Below are positions 34,601-43,600 of a stretch of DNA of 64,000 bases, piece after piece; the stretch's first letter is position 1, and the number at the start of each line of letters is the position of its first letter. The notes beneath the pieces are model-generated. The model worked only from the letters and a program-made list of their open reading frames with translations. It made no database searches and was not told the origin of the DNA. The DNA is from an uncultured Arcobacter sp. (lineage in GTDB: Bacteria; Campylobacterota; Campylobacteria; Campylobacterales; Arcobacteraceae): contig OZ223300.1 in NCBI GenBank assembly GCA_965140705.1, positions 1,440,001 to 1,504,000 on the forward strand, read 5' to 3'. Made by a program: the position numbers and the translations under genes.

Positions 34601-37600
34601 AAGAGATGGTACTACTATTGGTGGAGTAAATGTTGATTTAAATAAAAACCAAACTCTAGGAAGTGCTGATACTTATAGAGTAATTGATGATGGATTTGGA
34701 AGTGCAAAATATCTTGATAGCATTGAAAATGTAATAGGTACTAGTTATGATGATATTATTTTTGGAAATGGAGATGCCAATTCATTAGTAGGTGGTGCTG
34801 GAAATGATACTTTAAAAGGAAGTTTAGGTGCAAATGTTCTTGATGGAGGAACAGGTGAAGATTGGGCATATTTTGATGATATAGTAGTTTCAGGTGCTAC
34901 AATAGTACTTGATACTGATGGCGATAATTCAAATGGTAGCCAAGGTACATCTAATATAACAGGTTATCAAACTACATTAATGGGTATTGAACATGTAAAA
35001 GCAACAGCATTATCAGATACTATAACAGGTGATTATAATGATAACTCAATATTAGCTGGTGGTAATAATGACACTATTTACTCTTCAAAAGGGAGTGATT
35101 ATATTGATGGAGAAGAGGGTTCTGATACAGTAGATTATGCAAGAAGTGATGTAAGTGCTGGAGTTATTATAGATCTTAATGCAACTCAAGATGATGGAGA
35201 TAATACTACTTGGGCTGTACAAAATGATGGATATGGTAATAAAGAGAGACTTTATAATATAGAAAATGTAATTGGAACCAAAGAAGATGATTTTATAAAA
35301 GGTAATGGTCAAAATAACACTCTATTTGGAAACGAAGGTACAGATACACTTTATGGAATAAGTGCTAATAATATATTGGTAGGTGGAGCAGGAAGTGATG
35401 TATTTAGAGGTGGAATAGGTGATAATATAATTTATGGTGAAAGTTATGTATCACTAGGTGGAGCTGGAACTGAAAGCGCATTTGAAATCGCAAACTCAAG
35501 GGATAAAATTGATTTTAGTGATGCTGGTGTTTCTGTTACATTAAATTTAAGTGATACTACTGATATAAACTATATAAATGAAACTACACTTACCCTTGAT
35601 GCAAGAACTTCAATTGGTTATGGGAAAAATACAATTTATAATGTTGAAGATGTAGTTGGAGGAAGTGGTTCAGATACTTTGATTGGATCATCTGTTGGCA
35701 ATGTAATAGATGGTGGAGCTAATAATGATATTTTATTTGGATTTGGAGGTTCTAATACCTTAATAGGTGGTGCAGGTGATGATACTATCCTAGGATTATT
35801 AAGTGGTGATGCTATTTATGGTGGTACATTTGATGGAACAACTGCTACAAATAGTGGATCAGATTGGGTTGATTATAGTTATATTACTCCTACAGATGGA
35901 AGAGCTATTAATGTTGATTTATCATTAGGGTCTAATCAAGTAAGTGAAGTAGGAAATAGTGCTAATGCAGATACTTTAACTCATATAGAAAATGTTGTTG
36001 GTACTTCTAATAATGATACACTAAAAGGAGATGATAATTTTAATATTGTAAATTCACTTTTAGGATACAAAGGGGATGATAGTTTTATTGTTTCAAAAGG
36101 AAGTGATTATTTTGATGGAGGATTAGGATTCAACAGTGTTGATTATAGTGGTGTTGATTCTGCTGATGGAGGTTCGAAAATCATAGTTGATTTAGGACTT
36201 AGTAAAGCAACTGACAATGGATATCATCTTGATCCAAGTGGTACAAATAGTGTAGTAGAAGATGATTTATTAAATATCCAAAAAGTAATAGCTACTAATT
36301 ATGATGATACACTTTATGGAAGCTCTTATGGAAATATATTTGTAAGTGGAGCAGGGAATGACCTTGTAGATGGTAGAGAAGGTGATGATACTATTTATGG
36401 TGTTTCTGGAAACAACAAATTATCAGGAGGAGCAGGAGCTGATACTATTTATGGTGGAAGTGGAAATGATACTTTAAGTGGTGATGCAGGAAATGATTTA
36501 CTTGATGGTAGTTTAAATGGTGATAACACTTTCATAGGTGATACAGGTGATGATACTTTTATAGGTGGAACAGGAGTAGATACTCTTTATTATGCAAGTA
36601 GTCAATCAGGAATTGCAGTTACTCTTAAAGCAGCTGGAGAAGATGGGACAGTTATTAGTTCTACTGATGGTACAGATATTTTAAAAACCCACTTTGAAAG
36701 AATTATTGCAACAAATTATAAAGATACAATAGACTTAAGTGATGCAAGAGGTGATAATACAGTTTTAGCCTATGGTGGAAATGATACAATAACAGCAAGT
36801 AGTACCCATAATGATTCTATTTATGGTGGAGATGGAAACGATATTATTTATGCAAATGGTGGAACAAATAAATATTATGGTGGAAATGCAACACTAGATA
36901 GCTCAGGAAATATTATAGGACACTCTGGAAGTGGAACAGATAGCTTAAGTTATATAAATGCAACAAATAGTGTAAACATAGATTTAAGTACAAATCAAGC
37001 TAGTGATAATGGCTTTGGCTCAAGTGATGAAATCTATGATATAGCATATGTTACTGGTTCAAACCATGATGATGTTATAAAAGGTAATTCTGGAATTAAT
37101 AAAATTGTAGCTGGTGATGGAGATGATTGGATTATTGCAACAGCTGGCAATGATGAAATATATGGTGGAAACCATACAACAACAGATGGTTCACAAGGTA
37201 GTAGTACGGCTATAGCAAAAGGTGGAGATTGGCTAAGCTTTGATGAAATAACAAATGGACTTGATGCAACAATGAGTGCAAACTCTATTACTTTTGGTGG
37301 ATATACTCCAAATATAGTAGAAATAGAGAACCTTTTTGGTACAAAACTAGCTGATATATTAAGAGGTGACAGTAATAATAACACTCTTCATGGAAATGAA
37401 GGTAATGATACAATATATGGAACAGCAGGGAATAACTTCCTAATAGGTGGAGAAGGTGACGATACTTTAGAAGGTGGAACAGGTGTTGATAGATATGATG
37501 GAGGAAATGAATCTTTAGTTTCAACAGATGATTCAGTTTTATATGCAGGAAGCTCAAATCAAGGAACAAATACAATTAGTTTTTATGATGCAAATAATGC

Positions 37601-40600
37601 TGCAAATATTGATTTAGCTTATGACAATGGTGATGGTACTTTTGGAAGAGTTTTAGATGATGGTTCTTCAAATCATAATGTTGAAACATATATTAGAAAT
37701 ATAAATAATATAACAGGAACACTGAATTATGATGATATCTTAAAAGGAAATAGTGAATCAAATATTATAAGTGGACTTGGTGGATTAGATACTATTTATG
37801 GAATAGGTGGTGAAAATACACTTTTAGGTGGTACTGGTAATGATACCATTTATACTGCCACTTCTAAAACAGGAAGTGATAGGGGAGATATTGCTTTAGG
37901 TGGAGAAGCAACAGATAGATTAGTAGGGTCTTTCCATAAGGATTTATTAATAGGTGGTCAATTTGTAAATAATAGTGGAACTGTAACTTATACAGATATA
38001 AGTGTGGATTGGCTTGATTATAGCTCACATACAAGTACTAATGAATATGGTGTAAATATAGATTTATCTACAGTATCTACTGTTACTTTTACAGGTGCAG
38101 ATTCTGATAGAAGTGATTATAATGGTGATTACTCAAAAATATATGAGTTAGATAATACAGGAGCTTCAACTACAAACTTTGATTACATAAAAGGTATAGA
38201 GTATATAAAAGGAAGTAATTATATTGATACTTTAAAAGGTGATACTAATAATAACTCTATTTTAGCTGGTGATGGTGATGATGTTATTTATTTAGATTCT
38301 AATGGAAGTGATTATATTGATGGTGAAGGTGGTTCTAACTGGCTTAGCTTAGAAGATAATTACAGAGGAACTATTAGATTAGATAACAATTTAGCAGGTA
38401 CAGTAAATGGGAATGTAGAAATTCATAATGTAGCTAATGTATTAGGTAGAAGTTCAAGTGCCCAATCTGAAACTGTATGGGGTGGAAATGTAGATAATAC
38501 TTTTATTTTGTTTGATGGAAATGATACGGCACTTGGTGGAAATGGTTCAGATGTATATGATATGGGTGCTGGTAATGATAGAGTTTATTCAAACTATGGA
38601 AGTGATACTTTAATAGGTGGCGCTGGAACTGATACAATAGATTATTGGGGAAATTATGGTTCTAATCAAGGTTCTGTAACTATTCTAAATAACATAATAG
38701 CAGCTGATTATAATAATTTGGCTACTGGACTTGGAAGTTTAAGCATTACAGATAAAACAGTACAATATAGTAAATTAACTGTTGATTTAAATGGTGTTGG
38801 AAGTATTACAGATGGTGAACATTGGTTTTATAAAATAACAGATGGTAGAGGATATACTGATTATCTATATGCAACATCTGACCCAGCAAATGCTTTTGAT
38901 ATAAATAATTCAACTCCTGATTTTGAGAACTATAATTTAGGCTCAAGAGCAGATATCTTTAGTGGTAGTAATCTATCAGAAGTTGTTTCAGGAAATAATG
39001 GAAATGATACTATTTGGGCAAATGGTGGAGATGATAATATTTCAGGTGGTTCTGATGATGATACGATTTTTGGAGTTTCAGGAAATAATGTATTAAATGG
39101 TAATGGTGGAAATGACCTTATCTTTGGCGGATCTGGAAATGATAAAATATATGGTGACTCAGGAAATGATACTATTTATGCAAAAGAAGGTACTAATATC
39201 ATAGATGCAGGTTCAAATGATGATATTATTTATGCAGGAACTGGTGTTGATACAATAGAAGGTGGAACAGGAGTTGATACTTTAAGATTTGATGGTGCAA
39301 ATACAAGAGTTGTCGTAAACTTAGGAAGTGATGCTTTATCTTATGATAGTACAACAATAGCAGCTAATAAGTTTATATCTAGTTGGAAAGATGGTTCAAA
39401 TGCTGAACAAGTAGGAACAGTAACAGGAATCGAAAATGTAGATGGTACAGACTTCAATGATACTATTAGAGGAAATGATTCTATAAATACAATAAGTGCT
39501 GGTGCTGGAGATGATTATATCTTTGCAAGTTTAGGAAATGATAATATTGATGGTGGTACTAATACAGCTGGTGCTTCTCAAGGTTATGGTGACTGGTTAG
39601 ATATTAGTTTAATAACTACAGATAGTGGAGCTAGTATAAATCTTGGTGGTGGAACAGGACCAATAGGAGTTAGATTTGATGTCTCTTCAACACAATATAA
39701 TCAAGTTACTACAAATATTGAGAATATACAAGGTTCACTTCAAAATGATGATATTCTTGGAAACTCTTCAAATAATATTATAGATGGAAATAGTGGAGAT
39801 GATAGAATCTATGCCATTTCTGGTGAAAATACACTATTAGGAGGAGATGGTAATGATACTCTTTATAGTGGAACAGGTAATGATATTATAAATGGAGAAG
39901 CAGGTAATAATCGTGTTGATTATACCCATAGTCATACTGCAAATGTAAAAGTAAATCTTGATAGTTCAACACATAATGGTATAGCTTCTATGACAGGGGT
40001 TACAACTACTATGACTGATACCTTATCAAATATCCAAAATGTAGCAACAGGTGGAGGTAATGATACAATTTGGGCAAATGGTGATACCAATAGTTTAAAT
40101 ACTGGTTCAGGAAATGATGTGATTTATGGAGGAACTGGAGTTGAAATAATTAATTCAGGTTCAAATAATGACTACATTTATGCAAGTGAAGGTAATGATA
40201 TTATAGATGGTTCTACAGAAATTGATATGGTTGATTACTCTTCAAGTTCTACAGGTATTACAGTAACTCTTGGAGATAGTGGAGCTGAAACAGATTTAGA
40301 GCATACAATTGGTGGAAATGCTTATACTGATAAACTTACAAATATAGAGGCAATAACAGGTTCCTTAACAGTTTCAAATAATCTTACTGGTAATAATATG
40401 GATAATACTTTAATTGGTGGAAATCAAACAGATATTATCAAAGGTGTAAGTGGTGATAATAGACTTGATGGTGGTGCTGGAGTTGATACAATTTATGCTG
40501 GTAGTGGAAGTGATGAAATTATTGGTGGAAACAATGCTGAAAACTGGTTATATTATACTGACTTAGGAAGTACAAATATAGATGTAAGTCTAAGAAGTGG

Positions 40601-43600
40601 TCAAGCTACATATGGAGCTCAAAGTGATAATATAACTCAAATTAGACATATTAAAATGGGAAATGGAACAAATACAGTAGAGGGTGACCAATTTGATAAT
40701 ACTTTAGAAGGTGGAACTGGAACAGATACTTTAAGTTTCTCTGGTGCTTCAAGTGGTGTAATAGTAAATGTTACAGCTAATGGTGAGGGAACTGCAACTG
40801 GTGATGGAAATGATAATTTTACAGGATTTGAAAACTATACTCTCTCTTCAAATGCAGATATTATAAATTTAAGTGATGTATATGGTAGTACTATTGATGG
40901 TGGAAATTCATTAAGTGATGAGGTTGATTATTCAAATACAAATTCGGCATTAACAGTAACAGTTGCAAATGGAAATACAAGTGCAACTGTTACAGATGGT
41001 TCTAGCACAGATACCTTACAAAATGTAGAAAAAATTATTGGTGGATCTGGAGATGATATATTTGTTGTGTCAGATGTAACAAATATAGATACCCTTGATG
41101 GTGGACTTGGAACAAATGAACTTCAATTAAGTGGAAGTAATCTTGACCTATCTTCTGTTACATTATTAAACTTTGATAGTATTACTGTTGCAGCTGGAGA
41201 TACTTTAACTCTTAGTGCCACTGATTTAGATGATAAAACTATGACTATTACACTTGGAAATAGTGCTACTTTAGAAATAATAGCAACAGGTAATCCTAAT
41301 GACCATGATTTTGGTGGAATAACAGTTTCAAAAGGAACAAGTGCTACGGCTCAATTGATTTCAAATGAAACAGTTAATTTAACAACAAAAAATCTAAACA
41401 ATATTTTTGATACATATTCTACGACAAATGGTACTTTAACATTAGGTGAATCTCAAGTTATTGGGAAAACTATATCAGGGGCAGGAAGTGCCATTGTAGA
41501 AATAAGTGCTGATAGTAATCAAGACTATAACTCTATTCTAACACTTGATACCCCTACAAATGGGACAGTTAAATTTACAGCAAATTCAACATTTACAGGA
41601 GATTTTGCAAATTCAAATATTGTAGTAAATAATGCAGTTACATTAAGTACAACTTTTGATAAATTATCTGGTAAAACAGATGTATTAAGTGGAGCAGGTA
41701 ACGTGACTCTTTCTGATGCAAATGTGGATGCAAGTAATGTAGATGCTGTAGCAAATGCTATAGATGGAGTATTAACAGCAACTATAACTACAGGAGAAGT
41801 TAAAGCTACATTAGATGCAATCACAAATGTAAATGCTAGTGATAATATTACCTTTACTACAACTGATACGACTGTAGATGCAAGTGATTTAGTTGACTTA
41901 AATGCAAAAGTTGATACTTTTGGTGTAGATACAATTACAGATATTACAGAAGCTTATAATACAGCAAATGTAGCAACAGAGGTTGTAAATGCATTAAATA
42001 TTACTGGAAATACAGAGAAAGTTTCAATAACAGGCGGTTCTTTATCAGCAAGTGATGTAAATATAATATCAGCTGCAACAACAGGAGTATTAACAGCAAC
42101 AGTAACAGCCGCAGCTGCATCTACATTGGCAAGTACCTTAACAAATACAGATGCAAATGATGCATTAACAATAACAGTAAATGCAGAAGCTGGTGGAGTA
42201 GCTACATCTGCTAGTGACCTTGTATCTTTAAATGGAGATACTAACCAAGTTATTACAATGAGTGCAGTATCAAGTATAAGTGGTACATATAGTGATTTAA
42301 ATGATATATATGTAACAAATGCCGCACAATATAATGGTGAAGGTGATGAAACAGTAACAATTACAGGAACAGTAAGCGCAACACAAGCAGATACAATAGC
42401 AGATGCAACAAGTGGAATAGTAACAGCAACAATAACAGCAGATACAGCATCAGCATTAAATTCAGCATTGGAAGATAGTGGTTCACAAATTAATGCATAT
42501 AGTTTAACTATAAGTGGAACAACAGCAACAGCTTCTGATTTAATTGCTTTAGATAACAAAACTTCAGTTGCAATTGATACAAATACAAATGTAACAAAAA
42601 TAACTGGAAGTGCTGCAGAGCTAAAAACAGTATTAGAATCAAGTGGTATAAATATATCTTCGAATGTAGATGTAGAAATTACTGGAACGACAGTGGCAAC
42701 ATTAGCTGAATTAAAAGCTATTAATGATGTAACAAGTGGAGATATTACATTAAATTCAGAATCAGTAAGTGCAGATTATTCAGGTATTAGCTCAGATGTG
42801 AAAGCTGCATTTGCAGGAAATATTACAGAACTTAATGGAGCAATTAACTTAACTGATACCTCAGTTAGTGCAAGTGATGCAAATATTGTAGCAAAAGTGA
42901 CAACAGGAGTATTAACAGCAACAGTGGCAGCAGATACAGCATCTGCACTAGTTTCAAACTTAACAGATGCCTCTTCAAATGATGCTTTAACCTTAACAGT
43001 AACAGGAAGTGCAGCAGCATCAGATTTAAGTTTATTGGATGGTAAAACATCAGTTGATGTAATAGTAAATGCAACTAATGTAACTGGAAACTACAGTGAT
43101 TTAAATAGTTTATATGTAACAAATGCTGGAGATTTTAGTGGATTAGGAGATGAAAATATAAGTGTAAGTGATACAACTATATCAGCAGGAAATTTATCTG
43201 AAATAAATGGTTACACTACAGGTAATGTTGATGCGTCAAATGTAACTAATATCGAAGGAAATTTATCAGATATTAATAACCTATATGGAGAATCAGGATT
43301 TATTAATTTATCTGGTAATACAGCAGATTTATCAACTTCAGGTAATTTTGATAGTGTTACTGATTTTAGTAATATAAATAATGGTGATATAACTAATTTA
43401 AATTTTGCTACTGGTGATGATAAACTCTCTTTTACAGATAGTTCAAGTTTTGATAACTTTACTAATAACTTTACTAATATTGATTTAAATAGTGGAAATG
43501 ATGAGTTTGATTTCTCTTCAGCTGTAACAAGTGATTTAGATTTTAGCAATGTTTCAAATCTTGAAACATTAAATTTTAGTGATAATGATGATTCTGTAAC

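Noticed and set aside
26570..37900. Several RGD tripeptides in the giant protein
   Set aside because: Expected by chance in a 9162-aa Gly/Asp-rich protein; they fall at ordinary repeat positions
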